Assembly: GCF_001457615.1 (NCBI RefSeq)
Contig: NZ_LN831024.1
Coordinates: 2,160,001 to 2,192,000, forward strand
From: Pseudomonas aeruginosa
GTDB taxonomy: Bacteria; Pseudomonadota; Gammaproteobacteria; Pseudomonadales; Pseudomonadaceae
DNA length: 32,000 bases
Reading direction: 5' to 3'
Below, piece by piece: positions 10,048-18,328 of this stretch. The notes beneath the pieces are model-generated. The model had not been told where the DNA came from. It saw nothing but the letters and a program-made list of their open reading frames with translations, and ran no database searches. The position numbers were made by a program, and so were the translations under genes. The stretch's first letter is position 1, and the number at the start of each line of letters is the position of its first letter.

Positions 10048-13000
10048 ATGACCATCACCGAACACCAGATCGAGCAGGACCTGCTCGCCAAGCTCGGCGA
10101 CCTCAAGTACAGCTATCGCCCCGAGATTCGCGACCGCGCCGGGCTCGAAGCCAACTTTCGCGAAAAGTTCCAGCAGCTCAACCGCGTCAACCTCACCGAT
10201 GAGGAGTTTGCGCGCCTGCTGGAAGAGATTGTTACACCCGACGTGTTCACCGCCGCGCAAACGCTGCGTACACGCAATAGCTTCATCCGCGAAGATGGCA
10301 CGCCGCTGAACTACACCCTCGTCAACATCGAAGACTGGTGCAAGAACAGTTTCGAGGTTGTAAACCAGCTGCGGATCAACACCGACAACAGCCACCACCG
10401 TTTTGACGTCATCCTGCTCATCAACGGTGTGCCGGTCGTGCAGATCGAACTAAAGACGCTGGGCATCAACCCGCGCCGCGCCATCGAGCAGATCGTCGAG
10501 TACAAGAACGACCCTGGTAACGGCTTCACCCGCACGCTGTTGTGCTTCATGCAGGTGTTTATCGTCAGCAACCGCGTTTCAACCTACTACTTCGCCAACA
10601 ACAACTCTCGGCACTTCAGTTTCAACGCCGATGAGCGCTTCCTACCCATTTACCAGTTTGCTGCGCTGGATAACACCAGGATCACCGGGCTGGATGATTT
10701 TGCCGATGTCTTCCTGCCCAAGTGCACGCTCGGCCAGATGATCAGCCGTTACATGGTGCTGGTCGCCAGCGAGCAGAAATTGCTCATGATGCGGCCCTAC
10801 CAGATCTATGCCGTCAAAAACATTGTCAAGTGCATCGAAGAAAACAGTGGCAACGGCTATATCTGGCACACCACCGGCAGCGGCAAGACGCTCACCAGCT
10901 TCAAGGCCTCCACCCTGCTCAAGGCCAATCCGAACATCGAAAAGTGCCTGTTCGTGGTCGATCGCAAAGACCTCGACCGGCAAACCCGCGAGGAATTCAA
11001 CCGTTTCCAAGAAGGCTGCGTCGAAAGCAACACCAACACCAGCGAGCTCGTCCGTCGTATGCTGTCGGACGATGCGGCCGACAAGGTTATCGTCTGCACC
11101 ATTCAGAAGCTTGGCCTGGCACTGGACGAGGGCAGCAGACGCAACAAAAGCCGCGAGAAGCGTGGACTTGCAACTTATGCCGAGCAGCTCGAAGCGCTGC
11201 GCGATAAGCGTATCGTCTTCATCTTTGACGAATGCCACCGTTCGCAATTCGGCGATAACCATCAGGCCATTAAGACGTTCTTCCCCAAGGCCCAGCTTTT
11301 TGGCTTTACCGGCACGCCAATCTTCGAGGCCAATGCCAGCATTAAGCAGATCAGTGGCGAAGAGAAGACGCTAAAGACCACGCAGGATTTGTTCCAGCAA
11401 TGTCTGCACGAATACACCATTAGCGATGCCATCGACGATCGCAATGTTTTGAAGTTCCACGTCGACTACTACAAACCCGACGGGAAGAACCCACCCAAAC
11501 CCGGTGAAACCCTGGCCAAGCGCGCCGTCGTTGACGCCATCCTCGCCAAGCACGATGCCGCTACGGGGGGGCGCAAGTTCAACGCGATTCTGGCCACAGC
11601 TTCCATCAATGATGCCATCGCCTATCACGCACTATTTGAAGAGGCTCAGGCCGAGAAACTGCAGGCCAACCCCGAGTTTGTGCCGCTAAATATCGCCGCC
11701 GTGTTCTCTCCGCCGGGCGACGTGAGCGCCGATGTACGTCAGTTGCAGGAAGACCTGCCCACCGAGCTGGAAGACAACCAGCAGGAGACGGACGCCAAGA
11801 AGGCGGCGCTGCAAGCGATCATTGCCCGCTATAACGCCCGCTTCGATACGAACCACCGCATTGAGGAATTCGACCTCTACTACCAGGACGTGCAGCAGCG
11901 CATCAAGGATCAGCAATGGCCGGATGCCGACCTGCGCAAAGCCAACCCCAGGGCCCCGCAACACAAGATCGACATCACCATCGTCGTCGACATGCTGCTC
12001 ACCGGCTTCGACAGCAAGTACCTCAACACGCTTTACGTCGACAAGAATCTCAAACACCACGGCCTTATTCAGGCCTTCAGCCGTACCAACCGCGTGCTGA
12101 ATGATACCAAGCCCTTTGGCCATATCCTCGACTTCCGTGGGCAGCAAGACGCGGTGGACGCTGCCATCGCGCTTTTCTCCGGCGCGAAGGCCGATGAGGC
12201 GCGCACAATCTGGTTGGTGGACAAAGCCCCTGCGGTTATCGAAAAGCTCCAAGAAGCCGCACTCGGCCTGCACAGCTTCATGGAGGCATACGGGCTTTCA
12301 GGCAAACCCGAGGAGATTGCCACGCTCAAGGGCGACGAAGCCCGGATCGGCTTTGTCGAAGCCTTCAAGAAGGTGCAGAAGCTGCAAACCCAGCTCGACC
12401 AGTACACCGACCTTACCCCCGAGCAGGAAGCCTCTATCCAGGCCATCCTGCCGCCGGACGAACTCAACGCCTTCCGTGGCCAGTACCTGGAGACGGCCAG
12501 ACGCCTGCGCGACGAGCGAGCCAAGCCTGGCGATGCCAAGCGCGAGGAACTGGAGCAGCTCGATTTCGAGTTCGTGCTCTTCGCTTCCGCCACCATCGAT
12601 TACGACTACATCATGAGACTGATCGCCGACTTCTCCACCAAGAAGCCTGGCAAAGCCACCATGAGCCGCGAACAGCTGGCCAGCCTGATCGCGAGCGACG
12701 CCAAATTCATCGACGAGCGCGATGACATCACCGAATACGTGATGAGCCTCAAGGCCGGCGAGGGCCTGGACGAACGCGCCATTCGCATGGGCTACCAGCA
12801 ATTCAAGGCGGTAAAAGCCTCCCGCGAACTGACCGAGCTAGCGGCCAAGCACGGACTGCCCACTGCAGCACTACAAAGTTTTATGGATGAGGTACTGGAG
12901 CGCCGCATCTTCGACGGCGAACAGCTAACCGAATTGCTCGCCCCGCTGGAACTGGGTTGGAAGGCGCGTACGCAGAAGGAATTGGCCTTGATGAGCGAGC

Positions 13001-13068
13001 TGGCACCGATGCTGAAGAAGCGAGCCGGCGGCCGGGATATCTCAGGCCTCCAGGCGTATGAGGATTGA
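10048..13068 (+). CDS. hsdR: Type I restriction endonuclease subunit R (type IC/EcoR124-like)
   Basis: 1006 aa; HTTGSGKTLTSFKA Walker A, FDECHRSQFG, FGFTGTPIFEAN, MLLTGFDSKYLNTLYVD helicase motifs; RFDVILLINGVPVVQIELKT nuclease region. Confidence 0.97.
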   Translation: MTITEHQIEQDLLAKLGDLKYSYRPEIRDRAGLEANFREKFQQLNRVNLTDEEFARLLEEIVTPDVFTAAQTLRTRNSFIREDGTPLNYTLVNIEDWCKNSFEVVNQLRINTDNSHHRFDVILLINGVPVVQIELKTLGINPRRAIEQIVEYKNDPGNGFTRTLLCFMQVFIVSNRVSTYYFANNNSRHFSFNADERFLPIYQFAALDNTRITGLDDFADVFLPKCTLGQMISRYMVLVASEQKLLMMRPYQIYAVKNIVKCIEENSGNGYIWHTTGSGKTLTSFKASTLLKANPNIEKCLFVVDRKDLDRQTREEFNRFQEGCVESNTNTSELVRRMLSDDAADKVIVCTIQKLGLALDEGSRRNKSREKRGLATYAEQLEALRDKRIVFIFDECHRSQFGDNHQAIKTFFPKAQLFGFTGTPIFEANASIKQISGEEKTLKTTQDLFQQCLHEYTISDAIDDRNVLKFHVDYYKPDGKNPPKPGETLAKRAVVDAILAKHDAATGGRKFNAILATASINDAIAYHALFEEAQAEKLQANPEFVPLNIAAVFSPPGDVSADVRQLQEDLPTELEDNQQETDAKKAALQAIIARYNARFDTNHRIEEFDLYYQDVQQRIKDQQWPDADLRKANPRAPQHKIDITIVVDMLLTGFDSKYLNTLYVDKNLKHHGLIQAFSRTNRVLNDTKPFGHILDFRGQQDAVDAAIALFSGAKADEARTIWLVDKAPAVIEKLQEAALGLHSFMEAYGLSGKPEEIATLKGDEARIGFVEAFKKVQKLQTQLDQYTDLTPEQEASIQAILPPDELNAFRGQYLETARRLRDERAKPGDAKREELEQLDFEFVLFASATIDYDYIMRLIADFSTKKPGKATMSREQLASLIASDAKFIDERDDITEYVMSLKAGEGLDERAIRMGYQQFKAVKASRELTELAAKHGLPTAALQSFMDEVLERRIFDGEQLTELLAPLELGWKARTQKELALMSELAPMLKKRAGGRDISGLQAYED

Positions 13069-13071
13069 TCA

Positions 13072-14382
13072 ATGGTGAAGGCGGGCAATAAAGCGATGGT
13101 ACCTCGGTTGCGGTTTCCGGAGTTTCAACACGAGGGAGACTGGACGACAGTAAAGCTTGGGGCTGTTGCGACGATTAGCACAGAAAAAGTTGGCAATAAC
13201 ATTTGCGTGCCGATGAGCATCACATCCGGCGTGGGGCTTGTAAGTCAAGAGGACAAGTTTGGCCGTGTAATCGCTGGCGACTCATACAAAAGCTACTTGC
13301 TCTTGAAGCCAAACGATTTTGCTTACAACAAGAGCGCTACCAAGGAATTTCCTGAAGGTTTTCTCACTCTGTACTCGGGTACGGAGCTGGCTGCGGTTCC
13401 GAACAGTATATTCACTTGCTTTCGGATCAACGGCGCGTCGCCAAATACGCGGTTTCTGAACTATCAATTCTCAGACAACCTGCACGGGCGTTGGCTGCGC
13501 AAGTTCATTCAGGTTGGGGCTCGGGCGCATGGTTCGTTGAGTGTCAGTGATGGCGACTTGCTGGCGCTGCCCATTCCCGTTCCGGCGGGCACAACATCGG
13601 TCGCAGAACAACAAAAAATCGCCGACTGCCTCACCTCTCTGGACGAGCTGATTACAGCGCAGGAGCGAAAAGTCGAGGCATTAAAGACTTACAAGCGCGG
13701 CCTGATGCAGCAGCTCTTCCCCCGCGAAGGTGAAACCCTTCCCCGTATCCGCTTTCCCGAGTTCCGTGGTGCGCCAGAGTGGCAAGCCAAGCCATTAGGA
13801 GAGCTTGTGCAACTGCAGTCTGGATTTGCATTCTCAAGCAGTTTCTTCTCGGACTCAGGCCAGAAGTTGGTGACCCCAAAGAACTTTACAAAGACGGGTT
13901 TCGGAAATTTTGAGAGTTCGATCTCGAAATATACAACAGAGGAAGTGTCAGAAAAATACCAGTGTCGCCCAGGTGATTTACTTGTGCTTCTGACAGATTT
14001 AACTCCTACTTGCGCACTTTTAGGTCAGCCGATAGAAGTGACTGAGGCGGACGGCAACCTGCTACTCAATCAGCGAGTGGTGAAGATTGAACCAATATCA
14101 GCGCGGGTTAATAAGAGTTTTCTAAAGCAATTTCTGCTAAGCGACTCTTACCGCAAGGTTATAGTAGGAACTGCAACCGGGACTACCGTTAAGCATAGCT
14201 CTAATAAGGTTCTGGAGGGAATAGAGTTCGTTTTCCCTCAAGAAGAGGAGCAGCTCTGCATTGCTACTTGCCTTTCCTCCTTAGATGTGCAGATTTTCGT
14301 CGAATATAAAGCAATCGAACTAATAAAAACTCATAAGGCGGGACTCGTGCAGCAGTTGTTTCCGTCTCAAGGGGCGGCTTGA
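13072..14382 (+). CDS. hsdS: Type I restriction-modification specificity subunit S, two target-recognition domains
   Basis: 436 aa; two half-repeats ending QQKIADCLTSLDELITAQERKVEALKTYKRGLMQQLFP and EQLCIATCLSSLDVQIFVEYKAIELIKTHKAGLVQQLFP. Confidence 0.95.
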   Translation: MVKAGNKAMVPRLRFPEFQHEGDWTTVKLGAVATISTEKVGNNICVPMSITSGVGLVSQEDKFGRVIAGDSYKSYLLLKPNDFAYNKSATKEFPEGFLTLYSGTELAAVPNSIFTCFRINGASPNTRFLNYQFSDNLHGRWLRKFIQVGARAHGSLSVSDGDLLALPIPVPAGTTSVAEQQKIADCLTSLDELITAQERKVEALKTYKRGLMQQLFPREGETLPRIRFPEFRGAPEWQAKPLGELVQLQSGFAFSSSFFSDSGQKLVTPKNFTKTGFGNFESSISKYTTEEVSEKYQCRPGDLLVLLTDLTPTCALLGQPIEVTEADGNLLLNQRVVKIEPISARVNKSFLKQFLLSDSYRKVIVGTATGTTVKHSSNKVLEGIEFVFPQEEEQLCIATCLSSLDVQIFVEYKAIELIKTHKAGLVQQLFPSQGAA

Positions 14383-14384
14383 CA

Positions 14385-15524
14385 ATGGCTGTTATATTGT
14401 TTTCAGATTTGTCGGCACTGGCACAATACTTACGTGAGAACCTTGAATTAAAGAAGTTCTCGCTTATTTATGCCTACAATGGGACGGGAAAAACAAGGCT
14501 GTCTGGAGAATTCAAGGAGCAGGGTAAGAAGTTCGGCGAGGACCGCGAGATCACGCAGCGTGATACGCTTTATTTCAATGCGTTCACCGAAGATCTTTTT
14601 AACTGGGATAACGACCTCAAAAACGACCGAAAGCGAGTGCTGAAAATCAACGGCGATTCTCGTTTCTTCTCAGGGCTAGAAACGCAGGAAATGGATAATC
14701 GTATCCGCCCGCTGCTAAACCGCTACGCAGACTTTGACTTTCGCATCGACACCACCGAGTGGGAGGTGAGCTTCTCCCGAGAAGTGGAGATCGACGGTAA
14801 GAGGACAACGGTAGAAGACATCAAGGTCTCACGTGGCGAAGAGAACATCTTCATCTGGTGTTTCTTTCTCGCCATAGTGCAGCTCGCGCTCGATGGTGAC
14901 GAGGCCTACGAGTGGGTGAAGTACGTCTACATCGACGATCCGATTTCATCTCTTGACGAGAACAATGCGATCGCTGTGGCCCACCACTTGGCCCAATTAC
15001 TGATGGCCACCGATAAAGGGCCGCGCGTGGTCGTGTCCACGCATCATGTACTTTTCTTTAACGTGCTATGCAATGAGTTCAAGGGCAAGGCCTACAAGCA
15101 TCTGCTGAAGAGGGGGGCGGCGCTGGGTAGCTATTCGCTAGTGGATACCTCGGCCAGGCCCTTTCTTCACCATCTATCAAACTTAGTTGAGCTGTATGAC
15201 GCGCAGGCCAGTGGTTCCCTTTACACCCACCACTTCAACATGATGCGGCGAGTCATGGAGCAGACCGCAAATTTCTTGGGGCTGGACGACTGGAAGGCCT
15301 GCATTGCCGCGCCGGATGGTGCAGACAAGGCACTGCACAAGCGCTTCATTGATCTGATGAGCCATGGCGACTATTCGCTCTATGAGCCTCGGGAAATGAT
15401 GGAGGAGAACAAAGCGTACTTCCGGATTATCTTTCGGCAGTTCATTACCGGGCACCCCTTCAATCGCGCACTGTTTCCGAACCTTTTCAATATAGCGGGC
15501 GCGACCCCGGATGTTGACGCATGA
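14385..15524 (+). CDS. Compact ABC-type ATPase, putative PrrC/RloC-like anticodon nuclease (AAA_13-like)
   Basis: Walker A IYAYNGTGKTRL, signature-like VSRGEENIF, Walker B/D-loop YVYIDDPISSLDENN, H-loop VVVSTHHVLF, C-terminal RRVMEQ...LMSHGDYS (R-x3-E...H). 381 aa from the TTG at 14379 or 379 aa from the ATG at 14385; encoded between hsdS and hsdM. Confidence 0.72.
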   Translation: MAVILFSDLSALAQYLRENLELKKFSLIYAYNGTGKTRLSGEFKEQGKKFGEDREITQRDTLYFNAFTEDLFNWDNDLKNDRKRVLKINGDSRFFSGLETQEMDNRIRPLLNRYADFDFRIDTTEWEVSFSREVEIDGKRTTVEDIKVSRGEENIFIWCFFLAIVQLALDGDEAYEWVKYVYIDDPISSLDENNAIAVAHHLAQLLMATDKGPRVVVSTHHVLFFNVLCNEFKGKAYKHLLKRGAALGSYSLVDTSARPFLHHLSNLVELYDAQASGSLYTHHFNMMRRVMEQTANFLGLDDWKACIAAPDGADKALHKRFIDLMSHGDYSLYEPREMMEENKAYFRIIFRQFITGHPFNRALFPNLFNIAGATPDVDA

Positions 15525-15934
15525 GAGGACTCATCCTCTACACCACTGGCGACGAATGCAGCCAGGTCAAGCTGCGAGCCAAGGATCAGCCGGTCTGGCT
15601 CTCTCAGCGTGAAATGGCAGAGGTGTTCGACGTCAGTACCGATAAAGTCAGCCTGCACCTGAAGAATATCTTTCACGATGGCGAGTTGAGCCGTGAGGCG
15701 ATCCCCGTGAGCTTCTGGCGCCAGAACGTGGACCAGATCATCGGTAGCAACGGTTTTCCGCTGCTCACCCATGCCGGCAAGGTGAGCTACGCGCAAATGG
15801 AACGTGCCACCATTGCGCTTTATCTCGATTATGACCAACGCCGCAAACAGAAGGAGGCACGTCAGGCCGACGCGCAGGACGAAGCTGAACCCAAGGCGCT
15901 GGAAAACACACTCAAGAAACGGCCCAAACCATGA
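15521..15934 (+). CDS. RhuM-like protein, short form (HTH N-terminus joined to the RhuM C-terminal region)
   Basis: ILYTTGDECSQVKLRAKDQPVWLSQREMAEVFDVSTDKVSLHLKNIFHDGELSREAI (RhuM N-terminus), directly followed by FWRQNVDQIIGSNGFPLLTHAGKVSYAQMERATIALYLDYDQRRKQ (RhuM C-terminal-like). Confidence 0.75.
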   Translation: MRGLILYTTGDECSQVKLRAKDQPVWLSQREMAEVFDVSTDKVSLHLKNIFHDGELSREAIPVSFWRQNVDQIIGSNGFPLLTHAGKVSYAQMERATIALYLDYDQRRKQKEARQADAQDEAEPKALENTLKKRPKP

Positions 15935-17583
15935 CCGAACAAGACCAGAAACAGCTGGGCAAAACCCTATGGGCGATTGCCGACCAATTACGTGGTTCGA
16001 TGAACGCCGACGATTTTCGCGATTACATGCTGTCCTTCCTCTTCCTGCGCTACCTCTCGGACAACTACGAACAGGCTGCGAAGCGGGAGCTGGGGCCCGA
16101 TTATCCGGACGTGGCGCCGGACGTGATGGAGCAGACCGAAGCCACGACACCGCTGCAAATCTGGTATGAAGAGAACGCCAGCGACGTGGTGGCGTTCGAG
16201 AAGCAGATGCGCCGCAAGGTGCACTATGTAATCGAGCCAGAGTACCTATGGGGCAACATCGTTCAACTGGCCAAGACCCAGAGCGACAAGCTGCTCGATA
16301 CCTTGCAACGGGGCTTCAAGTACATCGAGAACGAGTCCTTCCAAAGTAACTTCCAAGGATTGTTCTCGGAAATCAACCTCGCGTCCGACAAGCTCGGTCG
16401 CAAGTACGAGGATCGCAATGCCAAGCTGTGTTCGATCCTCTCGGAGCTGGCGCGCGGCATGTCGCTGTTCTCCACCGACACCGACACGTTGGGCGACGCT
16501 TATGAGTACCTGATCGGCCAATTCGCCGCAGGCTCGGGCAAGAAGGCGGGCGAGTTCTACACCCCGCAGCAGGTCTCGAACATTCTTTCGGCCATCGTCA
16601 CGCTCGACGGCCAGGCGCCCGAGACCGGTCTCCGCAAAAAGCTGGAAAGCGTGTTCGACTTCGCCTGTGGCTCGGGCTCGCTGCTGCTGAACATCCGGCA
16701 CCGCATGAAGGACGCGGGTGGTAGCATCGGCAAGATCTACGGGCAGGAATACAACATCACTACCTACAACCTGGCGCGCATGAACATGTTGCTGCACGGG
16801 GTGAAGGACACCGAGTTCGAGATTTACCACGGCGACACGCTGACCAATGCCTGGGACTTCCTGCGCGAGACCAATCCGGCGAAGAAACCGCAGTTTGACG
16901 CGGTGGTGGCCAATCCGCCGTTCAGCTATCGCTGGGATCCGAGCGATGCCATCAGCGAAGACATGCGCTTCAAGAACCACGGCGTGGCACCCAAGAGTGC
17001 GGCGGACTTCGCCTTCCTGCTGCACGGGCTGCACTACCTCAAAGACGATGGCGTGATGGCCATCATCCTGCCGCACGGCGTGCTGTTCCGGGGTGGTGCG
17101 GAAGAGCGTATTCGCCGCAAACTGCTGCAGGATGGACACATCGATACCGTGATCGGGCTGCCGGCCAATCTGTTTTATTCAACAGGCATCCCGGTTTGTA
17201 TTCTCGTGCTGAAGAAGTGCAAAAGATCGGACGATGTGCTGTTTATCAACGCGGCCGAGCACTTCGAGAAGGGTAGGAGGCAGAACCAGCTAGCAGACCG
17301 ACATATCGACAAGATTATCGAGACCTACGAGCAACGCCCAGCGGAAGTACCGCGCTATGCGCGACGGGTAAGCATGCAGGAGATCGAGAAGAACGACTTT
17401 AACCTGAATATCTCGCGCTACGTCAGCACGGCGGTGGCCGATGAAGAAATAGACCTGACGGCCGTGCATGCCGAGCTTGTGGCACTGGATCAGAGGATCA
17501 AGACGGCCACCGATAAACACAATGAATTCCTCAAGGAACTTGGGCTGCCGCTGCTACCCTACGGTTCTGAGGTATCACGGTAA
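15931..17583 (+). CDS. hsdM: Type I restriction-modification DNA methyltransferase subunit M (type IC-like)
   Basis: 550 aa; LGKTLWAIADQLRGSMNADDFRDYMLSFLFLRYLSDNYE, FDFACGSGSLLLNI (SAM motif), FDAVVANPPFSYRW (NPPF). Confidence 0.97.
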   Translation: MTEQDQKQLGKTLWAIADQLRGSMNADDFRDYMLSFLFLRYLSDNYEQAAKRELGPDYPDVAPDVMEQTEATTPLQIWYEENASDVVAFEKQMRRKVHYVIEPEYLWGNIVQLAKTQSDKLLDTLQRGFKYIENESFQSNFQGLFSEINLASDKLGRKYEDRNAKLCSILSELARGMSLFSTDTDTLGDAYEYLIGQFAAGSGKKAGEFYTPQQVSNILSAIVTLDGQAPETGLRKKLESVFDFACGSGSLLLNIRHRMKDAGGSIGKIYGQEYNITTYNLARMNMLLHGVKDTEFEIYHGDTLTNAWDFLRETNPAKKPQFDAVVANPPFSYRWDPSDAISEDMRFKNHGVAPKSAADFAFLLHGLHYLKDDGVMAIILPHGVLFRGGAEERIRRKLLQDGHIDTVIGLPANLFYSTGIPVCILVLKKCKRSDDVLFINAAEHFEKGRRQNQLADRHIDKIIETYEQRPAEVPRYARRVSMQEIEKNDFNLNISRYVSTAVADEEIDLTAVHAELVALDQRIKTATDKHNEFLKELGLPLLPYGSEVSR

Positions 17584-17833
17584 GAAACGCCTATGGCAAT
17601 TTGGTTGGTCCCTGTGAGCTCGCACGGCGGGTTCAAATCCCTATTAGAATTTGAATCCAATACACCATCGTTCCACCGCCAAATAATATCGCGGAAAATC
17701 AGTAAATAATTCTCCGCACTTTTTACGTTCGAGCAGGCGCACAACGTACCGGTCGGCGTTTGTTACGGGCTTGAGGTCAAAGCATCGCATAGGCTTTCGA
17801 CCTCGGTGGGAAGCTTTCAATGAGGTCGCAGTT

Positions 17834-18115
17834 ATGGAACAGGCCGAATCTGTCACTGATATCTTTTGCGATGTTTGTGGCAACAGCATGCGTGTTGAAG
17901 GGTATGGGTTGCAATTCGGAACCCTTCGCGCCAGTTGGGAACTCGGCTCGGCTCATGCTGGCGAGCGTTATGAAGTCCATCTGTGCGAACTCTGCTTTTT
18001 CAGGACCCTGGCAGGCTTGAAGCGCGAGCGAATGGTGAACTCGATGTTCAGTGCCAGCAACGAGGACTTGAGCCGTTTCGGTCTTATCGCGCGCGATGAT
18101 TCTTCCATCGTTTGA
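17834..18115 (+). CDS. Small hypothetical protein with two CxxC pairs (zinc-ribbon-like)
   Basis: ATG at 17834: MEQAESVTDIFCDVCGNSMRVEGYGLQFGTLRASWELGSAHAGERYEVHLCELCFFRTLAGLKRERMVNSMFS...; CDVC...CELC pairs. Confidence 0.6.
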   Translation: MEQAESVTDIFCDVCGNSMRVEGYGLQFGTLRASWELGSAHAGERYEVHLCELCFFRTLAGLKRERMVNSMFSASNEDLSRFGLIARDDSSIV

Positions 18116-18314
18116 GTAAGCTCAGCGCTCTCATCTCCCCCCCCCCTCATGTCTCATGTGCCGTTCATTTTTGTACAAGCGGAGTGTGGTTTGCTCAAGG
18201 CTCTGATAGTGCTTTTAGGAGTGCACAAAACATTGATGCTCAAAAGAAGTCCAATAGTAAGGTCATAAAAATCAATTACTTGCTTTTCATGTGCTTCTTT
18301 TTTGTATGATGGCA

Positions 18315-18323
18315 GGATAACTA
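18315..18323 (-). repeat. Right terminal inverted repeat of the island
   Basis: Exact inverted match to 7155-7163. Confidence 0.6.
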
Positions 18324-18328
18324 CCAAT

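Noticed and set aside
14379-15524. Interpreting the ATPase as an OLD-family/GajA-type nuclease
   Set aside because: No visible TOPRIM signature after the ATPase; the length, the SHG motif and the hsd context fit PrrC/AAA_13 better.
17610-17660. tRNA-like T-arm (GGGTTCAAATCCC) after hsdM, possible att site
   Set aside because: The T-stem fails beyond three pairs and there is no acceptor or anticodon arm; only a small inverted repeat TTCAAAT...ATTTGAA (17632-17655) remains.
18137-18146. Run of ten C residues in the island, considered as a phase-variable tract
   Set aside because: It lies in a noncoding region after the last island ORF, with no recognisable promoter or reading frame to switch.
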